A stretch of DNA of 63,294 bases, the filler included, from Anaerolineae bacterium (GTDB lineage: Bacteria; Chloroflexota; Anaerolineae; Epilineales; Epilineaceae), in the NCBI GenBank assembly GCA_029262755.1. It is 6 parts of 6 records of this genome, joined end to end, with 100 filler letters (N's around TTAATTAATTAA, not from the genome) between each part and the next. Parts side by side here need not be neighbours in the genome. Positions count along the whole stretch, not along the records: positions 1 to 20,786 come from JAJCYU010000212.1; positions 20,887 to 37,867 come from JAJCYU010000215.1; 4 more parts are not named here. One strand, written 5' to 3'. This document shows, in pieces, positions 19,898 through 28,468 of the stretch (its first letter is position 1; each line of letters opens with the position of its first letter). Made by a program: the position numbers and the translations under genes. The notes under the pieces were generated by a model. It was not told the origin of the DNA. It saw only the letters and a list, made by a program, of their open reading frames with translations, and made no database searches.

Positions 19898-20786
19898 ATG
19901 CCCAACGAAGCGCAGCGGCCCACCGTGGCCGAATCCAGCGCGACGGAGTCCGGCACGGCCGGCGGAGGTGCCAGGCCATCCGGCGCGCCTCCGACCAGGG
20001 CGGTCGAGAACGATGCGGCTACGCCCAGCGCGGTCCAACCAGAAGCGGCTCAGGCGCCAGCCGCCACGCTTCCTTCGGGCCCAGCGCCGGAAGGTACGGC
20101 GGCCGGCGCAGGCCCCCGCTACGACGCGGCCTACTACGCGCACGGCTGCGGCGATCGGCCCTACCGGCGTGACGATGTGTGGCTCGGTTTCTTCGGCGAC
20201 GTGGCCGAGCGCATCGTGCTCGACATCGCACCGCGGACGGTGCTCGACGCGGGCTGCGCGATGGGCTTTCTCGTGGAGACGCTGCGCGCGCGGGATGTCG
20301 AGGCCTGGGGCGTGGACATCTCGGAGTACGCGATCGGCCAGGTGGACGAAGCCGTGGCGCCGTATTGCAGCGTCGGATCGATCCTGGAGCCCTTCGCCGA
20401 GCGCTACGACCTGATCACGTGCGTCGAGGTGCTCGAGCATCTCGATGCGCGTGCAGGAGCGCGCGCGATCGCGAACCTGTGCGCGCATACCGACGACGTG
20501 CTCTTCTCGTCCACCCCGCACGATCATCGCGAGCCGACGCACGAGAACGTCCAGCCGCCGGCGTATTGGGCGGCGGCGTTCGCGCGCCACGGCTTCGTGC
20601 ACGACGTGGAGTTCGACGGCTCGTTTCTCACCCCTTGGGCAGCACGATTCCGACGGCACGATGGTCCGATCGGCCCAGTGATCGCGGCCTACGAGCGGCG
20701 GCTGACGTGGCTGGAGGAAGAGGGTCGTCAGCGACGGGACGCGGTGGCGGCGCGCGATCGCACGGAAGGGGCTCAGCGGCGCGCGT
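19898..20786 (+). CDS. Class I SAM-dependent methyltransferase (3' truncated by contig end), glycan-locus type
   Basis: VLDAGCAMGF motif I, GVDISEYAI, YDLITCVEVLEH, start of a coiled-coil-like segment. GGAG RBS. Confidence 0.85.
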
Positions 20787-20886
20787 NNNNNNNNNNNNNN
20801 NNNNNNNNNNNNNNNNNNNNNNNNNNNNNNTTAATTAATTAANNNNNNNNNNNNNNNNNNNNNNNNNNNNNNNNNNNNNNNNNNNN
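20787..20886. other. Artificial contig spacer
   Basis: N run with central TTAATTAATTAA, which gives stops in all six frames. Confidence 0.97.
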
Positions 20887-21027
20887 CACTGTTTTCTCGT
20901 GGCCTGGAACTTCAGATTGGTCGGAGTTCAAGGCGGGTCCACTTCGAAGACGACCGATCAAAGGGTGCCGAAGCTCCGGTTCCACGCTCCCACCACTTCA
21001 CCACCCCACGCCTCCAATCCCGTCAAG

Positions 21028-24000
21028 CTACTCGCTTCGGTCGCGCCGCATCACGGTCGCCCGCTCGTTGTCCGACAGCCGCAGCCAGCGTGCGAAGCTG
21101 AGCAGCTCGCGTGCGAGTGCCAGCGGGCCGTAGTGTCGCAGGGTCCGCGCGAGCTTGGTCACCGTCGGCGCGTCAGCCGGCCACGGGCGTTCATCCATCG
21201 GCGGCAGCGGGCGTCCCCAGCGAGCGAGCATTTCGGCCACGCGGAAGGGTAACGTCGCCTCCATGGCCGCGGCGTGCTCGCGGTCCTCGCCCGCGCGCCA
21301 GGTGAGCACGCGCATCTGGTCGACCGCGGCCGACCAGGAGGGCGGCGGACGCCAGCCGTCGTCCGGACGTACGGGAACTTGAGGACGTCCGATCGTGGCG
21401 AAGGAAGGCGTCCAGTTGGTGAGCACCTCGCCGTCCCACCGTGTCCGTCCACCTGCGAAGCGGTCCGTCGCGAGCCCATGCACGGCGGGCGCGGAGTACG
21501 CCGTCTCCAACTGCCCGGGTGGATCCGTCGGTGCCTGCGCTCGCTCCTGATCCGCCGCATCGCTGTTGTTTGGATGCCAGGACAGCTCCGCTTCCAGGCG
21601 TGTACCGGGAGCATGCTCTCGGCCTATGGGCATCCACGTCCATTCGTCCAGCGACCTGGAATCCACATCGACCCAGGCCTCCTCGAATGGCCTCGTATGG
21701 ATCGTGCGCTCGGAGACGGCCGGCGAAGCGCTGCGGCGCAGCCGAAGCCGCAGCCTGCCGCGTGGCCGCTCGCTCCCTGTGCTCTCATTTCTTCCTGGAT
21801 CCTCAGAACTCGCCGATCTCTCCGGTACTTCGAGCCGCCAGCCGACCGTCGGCATGCCGCCTATACCGAGCGTGAACGACTGGGAAAGCGAATGCCCAGG
21901 AGCGAGCCCGACGCCGTTCCCTTCGGATTGGGCTTGAAGGTGGTCCCAAACGCGCAACCCCGCCGTGAGCGAGACGGATCGGCTCCCACGGACCAGCCAC
22001 TCGACCATCGACTCGACGACCCGGTCCGACCACCGTTCGCTCACCGCGAGCCCCGCGCGGGACCGGCCCTCGCGCGCCGCCACGTCACGCGCGAAGGCGG
22101 CGATGCGCGCACCGAGCGCGTCCGCTTGGGGCGGTGCAAGCGTGATCCACGTGCCCAGCCCCTCACGCCACGGTAGGGGGGCGACATCGCAACCGACGAC
22201 CGGGCAGCCGCAGGCGAGCGCCTCCGCGAGTCGCGGCAGAGGGTTGCCGCAGCGCACGTCCAGCAGCAACGCGGCTTCGCGTAACACCGTGGCGCGGCCA
22301 TGCGCGTCCAAGGCGCCCAGCCAGGTGAACGCGTCGAGCTCGGGTAGGTCGGGGGCGGGCAGGGAGGCGGCCGAACGGTAGGGTTCGGCGGACGACTTGG
22401 GTGCCGGCGCAACTTCCGAAGCGGGCATCGATGGGGGCAGGGATGAGCGCATCGATCCATGCCTCGAGACGGGTGTCGACGTGTCGCGACGGCGCCGCTC
22501 GCCCGTCTGCAGCCCTTGGCCTTCGCCCTCGCCCTCGCCTTCGCCCTCGGCCGATTCGAACAGCACGATCTCCAAGGCTGGGTCGGCCGCTCGGGCCGCC
22601 GCGAGAGCGCGCACGGCCAACGCGCGCGTTGACACGTCGATGCCCGCGCCGAGGTCGCACGCGATGCGCAGCGGGCGGTGCGACGCGGGTAGCCCGGGAT
22701 AGAAGATCCGCGTGTCGACCTCCGGCGAGAGCACGCCAACAATCATCGTTCCGTGCGCCAGCAGCCACGCCGCGAGCCAAGGGCCCTGCGCGAGCAGCAA
22801 CTCGTGGCCGGCGGCCGCTCGCTCGGCGAGCACATAGTCGGCACCCATCGGATGGTGGGCCAGCGCGGGCAGGTCGTCGAGCACGAGGGGTCGCGTCTCG
22901 ACCGGTGTTTGGTCGAGCTCGGGCGGTCGTGTAGCGTGGGGATCGCGGGTCCAGTCCCGCACGTCGCCGATGCGCGGCAAGGGCGGATACATCGGTATCG
23001 TGTACGACTTCTCTTCGTCCCCGAGGCGGTCTAAGAACAACGCGTCGAAGGCGGCGGAAAGGCTAGTCCCGCGCTCGTGCAGCAGATACCGCGAGAGCAC
23101 CGTCGCCCGCGCCGCGCGGCCCATGCGGCGACGGGCGGGCGCATCGTCCACGAGCTGTGCGAGCGCGGCGCGCCACGCGGCGTCATCCTCGGCCAAGAGG
23201 CCGTCGTGGCCCGCAGAGATCGCGGCGCGGAACGCGGCCGTTGGCGAAGCGATCGTCGGGACGCCCACGGCACCGGCCTCGAAGAACTTGAGCTCGCTCT
23301 TGGCCGCACTGAAGAGATCGTCCATGACGAGCGGCGCAAGGTTGATGTCGAGCGCGCTGAGATGCGCGGGCAGCTGCCGCCAGGCCATAAAGGGCACGTG
23401 CTCGACTCGGGAGCCGAGCGCGTCCCAGCCGGCACCCAGGGTCAGCGGACCGAAGAGCCGGAGCACGATGCGAGGGTCACGAGCCATCAAGGCCTGCAGC
23501 GCCGGCGCGCAGCGAGCGAGGTCCGCGTCGTGGGTCGCGCTGCCGCTCGCGTAGCCGATGATGATCCGGTCCGGCTCGGTGCCGCTGCGCTTCTGGACCG
23601 CGCGCTGCTGCTCGCGCGCCCACCAGGCTTCGCTGGACAGGCGCAGCAGCTCGTCGTCGATGGCGTTGCGCACCACGTGTGCCGGACGGCCAACCGCCCT
23701 GACGGCGTCCGCCAATGGCTCCGTCGCGACGATTGCGCCCGCGCAGGCCAGCAGCGTCTCGCGATAGGCGTCGGGCTCCGCGAACTCGGCGCGCACGTCC
23801 GCGGCGCCGGCCGCACCGCGCAGCCGCGAGAGGCGTTCTGCCGCTTCGGGCAGGAACACGAGGTCGTCCGTCTCGTAGACCGGCAGCGCGCCTGCCGCGC
23901 GACAGGCGTCGAGCAGAGACGCGACGCGCGCACTCCACGGAACGCGTTGCAATACCAGCACGGAGGCGGAGTCGAAGCCGGCGGGCAAGCGGATCGGCTC

Positions 24001-24141
24001 ATCATCGTCGCGGCCCAGCGCGCGCGTTGTGACCACCCTGCCGGCGAACCGCAAAGCCTCGGTTGCGTGGAGCACGCGATAGCGTCGGGTGTCACCCGGG
24101 CTTCCGGATACGATCAAGACGTGCCGCAAAGTGGGTTCCAT
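21028..24141 (-). CDS. Multidomain GT-B (GT4-like) glycosyltransferase
   Basis: RYRVLH, YETDDLVF, GYASGSATH, DINLAPL...KSELKFFEAGAVGVPTIAS, plus a second degenerate GT domain (EALACGCPVV). The ATG overlaps the upstream TGA. Confidence 0.85.
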   Translation of the reverse strand: MEPTLRHVLIVSGSPGDTRRYRVLHATEALRFAGRVVTTRALGRDDDEPIRLPAGFDSASVLVLQRVPWSARVASLLDACRAAGALPVYETDDLVFLPEAAERLSRLRGAAGAADVRAEFAEPDAYRETLLACAGAIVATEPLADAVRAVGRPAHVVRNAIDDELLRLSSEAWWAREQQRAVQKRSGTEPDRIIIGYASGSATHDADLARCAPALQALMARDPRIVLRLFGPLTLGAGWDALGSRVEHVPFMAWRQLPAHLSALDINLAPLVMDDLFSAAKSELKFFEAGAVGVPTIASPTAAFRAAISAGHDGLLAEDDAAWRAALAQLVDDAPARRRMGRAARATVLSRYLLHERGTSLSAAFDALFLDRLGDEEKSYTIPMYPPLPRIGDVRDWTRDPHATRPPELDQTPVETRPLVLDDLPALAHHPMGADYVLAERAAAGHELLLAQGPWLAAWLLAHGTMIVGVLSPEVDTRIFYPGLPASHRPLRIACDLGAGIDVSTRALAVRALAAARAADPALEIVLFESAEGEGEGEGEGQGLQTGERRRRDTSTPVSRHGSMRSSLPPSMPASEVAPAPKSSAEPYRSAASLPAPDLPELDAFTWLGALDAHGRATVLREAALLLDVRCGNPLPRLAEALACGCPVVGCDVAPLPWREGLGTWITLAPPQADALGARIAAFARDVAAREGRSRAGLAVSERWSDRVVESMVEWLVRGSRSVSLTAGLRVWDHLQAQSEGNGVGLAPGHSLSQSFTLGIGGMPTVGWRLEVPERSASSEDPGRNESTGSERPRGRLRLRLRRSASPAVSERTIHTRPFEEAWVDVDSRSLDEWTWMPIGREHAPGTRLEAELSWHPNNSDAADQERAQAPTDPPGQLETAYSAPAVHGLATDRFAGGRTRWDGEVLTNWTPSFATIGRPQVPVRPDDGWRPPPSWSAAVDQMRVLTWRAGEDREHAAAMEATLPFRVAEMLARWGRPLPPMDERPWPADAPTVTKLARTLRHYGPLALARELLSFARWLRLSDNERATVMRRDRSE

Positions 24142-27100
24142 CAGGACGAGCCCCTCTGCCATCGACGCCAGATTCCCATCTCCCGTGCCACGCGCAGCGG
24201 ACCATAGGCCCGCAGGCCGCGTATCAGCTTCGTGTGCGCGGGTGCCGTGGCCGACCAGGGGCGCAGCGGTACGGGGGGCAAGGGCCGCGTGGCGGCCTGC
24301 CATCCGCGGATCACCCGCGCCAGCACCGGGCGGCGCTCCAGCCGAACGCGGGCGATGCGTGCGGCGGCCGCTGTCCTCCGACGTCGATGCAGCGCCGCAA
24401 AGAGATCCGGGTCGTACGCTTCCGTGTGCAATAGGAGCGCGCCGCCGACCCCGAATACACGCAACCCTGCGCGCACGCGCACGGCGTCGCTCGGCGCGGG
24501 AGGGGTGGGCGGCGCGGAAGGGCCGGCAGCGGTGGATGCAGTCGGATCCGGAGGGCGGTTCACGTCGGACGCCGCTCTATCAAACGCCGCTCCGTCGCGG
24601 ACCGCTTCGTCCTGCGCCGCGACGAGATCCGTGGCGTTGGACGTCGCGGCCGCGTTCGCTGTCGACGTCGACGCCGATTGCGGCGGTGTCGACCCGGATG
24701 ATGGTGTCGACTTGGACGCTGGTGTCGGCTTCGACGTCGTTGTCGACACGGACGTCGGCGGCGAGCCGGACGCCGGTGCCGACTTGGACGTCGGTGTCGA
24801 CTCCAACGGCGGTGTCGACTCGGACGCCGCGGTCGACTCGGACGCCGCGGTCGACTCGGACGCCGCGGTCGACTCGGACGCCGCGGTCGACTCGGACGCC
24901 GCGGTCGACTCTGATGCGGACCCGGATGCTGACGTCGACTCGGGCGTCGTTTCTGATGGTAGCGTTGACCCTGACACCTCCGCCGCCATCCCCGCGTCTG
25001 CGCCGACGTACGTCAGCTCGGCATACATCGGGCGGCCGTCGATGTATTGCAGCGGGCCGAAGAGCCAGTCGGTCCACGTATCCGCGTCATCCGCGTCCGC
25101 GACGGACCGGGCGTTGATGCTCGCTGAGGCGATGATCGTGGGGGCGCTCTCGTGCTCGCGCAGCCGCAGGACGAGCGTTCCGCGCGGTGGGATGGCATCG
25201 GTCGCCGAAAGACGAAGCCCCACGCGGTGCAGGCCATTGAGGGTAGGGGCGAACGTCCAGCCGACTTGCTCGCCCGGACGCAAGGTTCGCGGCGCTGGGC
25301 CACCGAGGGTTGTGGCTTGCTGGGGCGGGGCTGGCTGCTGGGTGGCCGACTCGTCGCCTTCCGGTTCCGGCGCGAGATCTACGTCGAAGGGTACGAAGCT
25401 CACGGGATCGCGCTTCGCTGTGATGGGGAGGGCCTGCGGTGGGCCGGTAGGTATCGATTCACGGGGATCCAGGTCCCTGTCCGCGTAGGCTTCCACGATC
25501 TCTACGAAGCGCGCCACGTTGCGCTCCCAGCTGAGGTCGGAAACCGCGGCCAGTCCGCCCGCGCGAAGTTGGTCGCGCAAGGCCGGCTCGTCGAGCACGC
25601 GCAACACGGTCTGCGCGATGCCGTCCGCCGTAGGCTCGGCGAGCGCGCAGGTCTCTCCGTCCCGCTGGTACCACGCGCAGGGTTCGGTGTCGACGGCCAC
25701 GACCGGCAGACCGCACGCGGCCATCTCAAGCGGCACAAAGGACAGGTTGGTGTAAGAGAGGGCAAGCCCGCACGTGGCGCCGCGGTAGAGATTGGCCAGC
25801 TCTTCCTGCGTGAGCACACCGGCGTTGACATACGGGAAGTCCGCCAAGCCCGGCGAATCGCCGCCGTAGAGCACGATCTCGACGTCCGGCCGTTGGGCCT
25901 TCACCATGGCCAACGCCTCGAGGCCCAAGGCCGTGCCGCGCCGCGGCGTCGACGCGCGTCCGTAAAAGACGACGCGTTGGCGCGAAGACTCCGCAAGGGC
26001 TGAGGTCCTTCGACGCGCGGACGTGCTCGCCCCGGATTGCTCGTCGCGATGGACGTCGTCGCGAAAGTCGCCACGGCCGTCAGCATGGCCGTCGCCACGG
26101 ACGTCGCCACGGCCGTCACCTTGCACGTCGCCGCGGAAGCCGCGTCGCACGTCGCCTTGTACATCGCCGCGGAAGCCGCCTTGCACGTCGCCTCGTACAT
26201 CGCCACGGACGTCGCCGCCCACGCGAACCCCAACGCCAACACCCGCGTCTCCCTCCACACTCCCGGCGTCCGTGCTATCTGCCCCGCTCGTGGCTGGAAA
26301 GTAGATCGTGTGGTCCACCCCAAAGTCCATGTGCTCGGCCATCGCGCCGTAGCGGTCGCGGAGTGTTTCGGCCAGCCACGGGCCGAGGGTGACGTGGCCC
26401 AGGTTGAGCCGATACGTCGCTTCGGCGGCGAGCCAGTCGGCGCCGATGGGCTGGAAGAAGGGCTCGAAGTCCTGCACGAGGTAGAGCTTGGTGCGTGCGT
26501 TCGTCGCGTAGGCCACGGCGCGCGCGGTCGTCCAGCCCGTGGCGATCGCGACGTCGGCCGGCGCCATCCTGCGGCCGAGGCGGAACGCGCACCCGGAGCG
26601 CGGGAAGTGGGCTCGCATGAAGGCCGCGGCCTCGGCTTCGTTCGCGTAGCGCATGTTCGCGCCGGCGTCGATGTGCACGGTGACCGCATGCCCGGCCGCG
26701 TCCAGCGCGGCGACCAGCCGCATGATCGACGTATGCCCGCCCGAGCCGCGCGGTGGTTCCGGCATGAGCACGTTGATGCGCAGGCCGTCAGATGCTTGGG
26801 CCGGGGGCGCGGGCGTCGCGGTCTCGGGCCGCAGAACGTCGCGTGCGCGTAGCAAGGTCGCGACGTATCCGGACGCCTGGGTGGCTGTGGTTCTTTGGCG
26901 TTCGATCGTTTCGTGGGCTGCGGCGCCCATGTGGTACGCACGGTCGGGGTCATCGAGCAGTGCCGTGATGGCCGCGTACCACGCGGCCTTGTCGCGTGCG
27001 AGCATCCCGATCTCACGCCCGCTCCCCCACCCGCGCTCCGGTGGCTCGATCGCGGTGCGGAAGGCGAGGGTGTCGCTCGCCACCGTCGGCACGCCCACGG

Positions 27101-28202
27101 CGGAGGCCTCCAGCCACTTCAGCTCGCTCTTGGCCTGGCAAAAGGGATTGTCGATCTCCAGCGGCGCAAGGCTGATGTCGAAGCCCGCGATCACCGCGGG
27201 GAGTTCGCGCCAGTCGACGGCAGGCACACGCTGGATGCGGTCGGCGAACTCGTCCCACTCTGCGTCCAGTTGCAGCGGCCCGACAAGCCGCAGCACGATG
27301 TCCTCCCGTTCGCGCATCAGCGCGCGCAGCGCCGGCCCCGCCGCTTCCGCGAAGTCCCGATCGTGGGTGCGGCTGCCGCTGGCGTAGCCGACGACGCGCG
27401 GCGAGCGGGGGGTTGCGACGGTGGTGGTGCTCGCGATGTTGGTGGCGCCACCGAGTGCAGCGCTGGTAGCGTCATCCTCGGCACTGTCGACTTCCGCGTC
27501 GCTACGGTCATCGGGGGCGCTGATGCCACCGGCGGCCGGATCGACTTGGGCGTCCGGATCGCCACCGGCGTTCGGATCGACATCCACGGCCGGATCCGCG
27601 CCGAACCATTCCCGTCCGACCCGTTCCAGCCACGTCTCGCGGGCGTTCCGGCTCAGCGCGGCCATCTCCATGTCGACCGCGTTGCGGCTCACCCATGTGG
27701 CTAGGCCGGCGGCGCGCAGGCGCTCCGCCAGGAATTCCGTCGGCGCGATGGCGCCGTCGCAGGCAAGCAGGCACTTGCGGTAGCGGCGCACGCCGTCGTG
27801 ATACAGGCTGCGGTCCGCGTCGCTCAGCAGCGTCAGGCCGTGATGTAGGTGGGTCGATTCCGGTTCGAACACGAGGTCGTCGATGTCGTAGAGCACGACG
27901 CCGCCGGCGTCGCGTGTCTGTTCGATCAGCGACTGGATGCCGGGATCCCACGCCACGCGATGCAGGATCACGTAGCCGCAACCTAGGCCTGCGTCGAGCA
28001 GGTCCGGATGCCATTGCAGGAGCGCGCGAACCGGGATGCCCTGGAGCCGCAGCTGCTCGCGGTGATGAAGCACCCGATAGCGCCACGTCGCGCCGCCAGT
28101 GCCGCCGACGATGAGCACGGGCGGCACGTCGGCGCGCTGGATGACGTTGACCGGCCGTTCGGCCGCGGGGCCCGGGCGCAGGCCGGGGAGGGATGCGTTC
28201 AT
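24141..28202 (-). CDS. Two-domain glycosyltransferase: GT4-like plus WsaF-like (rhamnosyltransferase-type) domain
   Basis: Domain 1: YDIDDLVF, KSELKWLEA. Domain 2: SGGHTSI, ATGWTTA, YLVQDFEPFF, FYGRASTPRR, PLEMAACGLPVV. Confidence 0.87.
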   Translation of the reverse strand: MNASLPGLRPGPAAERPVNVIQRADVPPVLIVGGTGGATWRYRVLHHREQLRLQGIPVRALLQWHPDLLDAGLGCGYVILHRVAWDPGIQSLIEQTRDAGGVVLYDIDDLVFEPESTHLHHGLTLLSDADRSLYHDGVRRYRKCLLACDGAIAPTEFLAERLRAAGLATWVSRNAVDMEMAALSRNARETWLERVGREWFGADPAVDVDPNAGGDPDAQVDPAAGGISAPDDRSDAEVDSAEDDATSAALGGATNIASTTTVATPRSPRVVGYASGSRTHDRDFAEAAGPALRALMREREDIVLRLVGPLQLDAEWDEFADRIQRVPAVDWRELPAVIAGFDISLAPLEIDNPFCQAKSELKWLEASAVGVPTVASDTLAFRTAIEPPERGWGSGREIGMLARDKAAWYAAITALLDDPDRAYHMGAAAHETIERQRTTATQASGYVATLLRARDVLRPETATPAPPAQASDGLRINVLMPEPPRGSGGHTSIMRLVAALDAAGHAVTVHIDAGANMRYANEAEAAAFMRAHFPRSGCAFRLGRRMAPADVAIATGWTTARAVAYATNARTKLYLVQDFEPFFQPIGADWLAAEATYRLNLGHVTLGPWLAETLRDRYGAMAEHMDFGVDHTIYFPATSGADSTDAGSVEGDAGVGVGVRVGGDVRGDVRGDVQGGFRGDVQGDVRRGFRGDVQGDGRGDVRGDGHADGRGDFRDDVHRDEQSGASTSARRRTSALAESSRQRVVFYGRASTPRRGTALGLEALAMVKAQRPDVEIVLYGGDSPGLADFPYVNAGVLTQEELANLYRGATCGLALSYTNLSFVPLEMAACGLPVVAVDTEPCAWYQRDGETCALAEPTADGIAQTVLRVLDEPALRDQLRAGGLAAVSDLSWERNVARFVEIVEAYADRDLDPRESIPTGPPQALPITAKRDPVSFVPFDVDLAPEPEGDESATQQPAPPQQATTLGGPAPRTLRPGEQVGWTFAPTLNGLHRVGLRLSATDAIPPRGTLVLRLREHESAPTIIASASINARSVADADDADTWTDWLFGPLQYIDGRPMYAELTYVGADAGMAAEVSGSTLPSETTPESTSASGSASESTAASESTAASESTAASESTAASESTAASESTPPLESTPTSKSAPASGSPPTSVSTTTSKPTPASKSTPSSGSTPPQSASTSTANAAATSNATDLVAAQDEAVRDGAAFDRAASDVNRPPDPTASTAAGPSAPPTPPAPSDAVRVRAGLRVFGVGGALLLHTEAYDPDLFAALHRRRRTAAAARIARVRLERRPVLARVIRGWQAATRPLPPVPLRPWSATAPAHTKLIRGLRAYGPLRVAREMGIWRRWQRGSS
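24814..24911. repeat. 18-bp tandem repeat x5 (ESTAAS) inside the glycosyltransferase
   Basis: GTCGACTCGGACGCCGCG x5 plus a partial copy. Confidence 0.92.
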
Positions 28203-28468
28203 GCCGGCCGAGGTGGGGCGGCTCGTCGGGTCGGGGTGGTCGCGAGGCGAGGGCGACCGTGCCTGACATGTCGGGCTGCGGTGTTCGCGAGGCGTCGGCG
28301 ACCGTGCCAGACACGTCCGGTCGGGGTGTTCGCGAGGCGAGGGCGACCGTGCCTGACACGTCGGGCTGCGGTGTTCGCGATGCGACGGCGACCGTGCCAG
28401 ACACGTCCGGTCGGGGTGTTCGTGAGGCCAGGTCGACCGTGCCTGATACGTCGGGTCATGGTGGTCAC
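28199..28468 (-). CDS. Putative 89-aa Arg/His-rich repeat peptide bridging two operon genes
   Basis: Its GTG overlaps the upstream stop (GTGA) and its TGA overlaps the downstream ATG (ATGA). Built from 45-bp repeats. Confidence 0.35.
   Translation of the reverse strand: MTTMTRRIRHGRPGLTNTPTGRVWHGRRRIANTAARRVRHGRPRLANTPTGRVWHGRRRLANTAARHVRHGRPRLATTPTRRAAPPRPA
28226..28456. repeat. 45-bp tandem repeat x5 with A-B-A-B-A alternation
   Basis: Units of the form TCGGG(TCGG/CTGC)GGTGTTCGCGAGGCG...GCGACCGTGCC(T/A)GACACG. Confidence 0.9.

Noticed and set aside
20831..20842. TTAATTAATTAA palindrome recurring in all five gaps
   Set aside because: It is an artificial six-frame-stop linker inside N runs.
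28226..28456. Possible CRISPR array
   Set aside because: The units are contiguous 45-bp tandem copies with no unique spacers, and there are no cas genes in the window.
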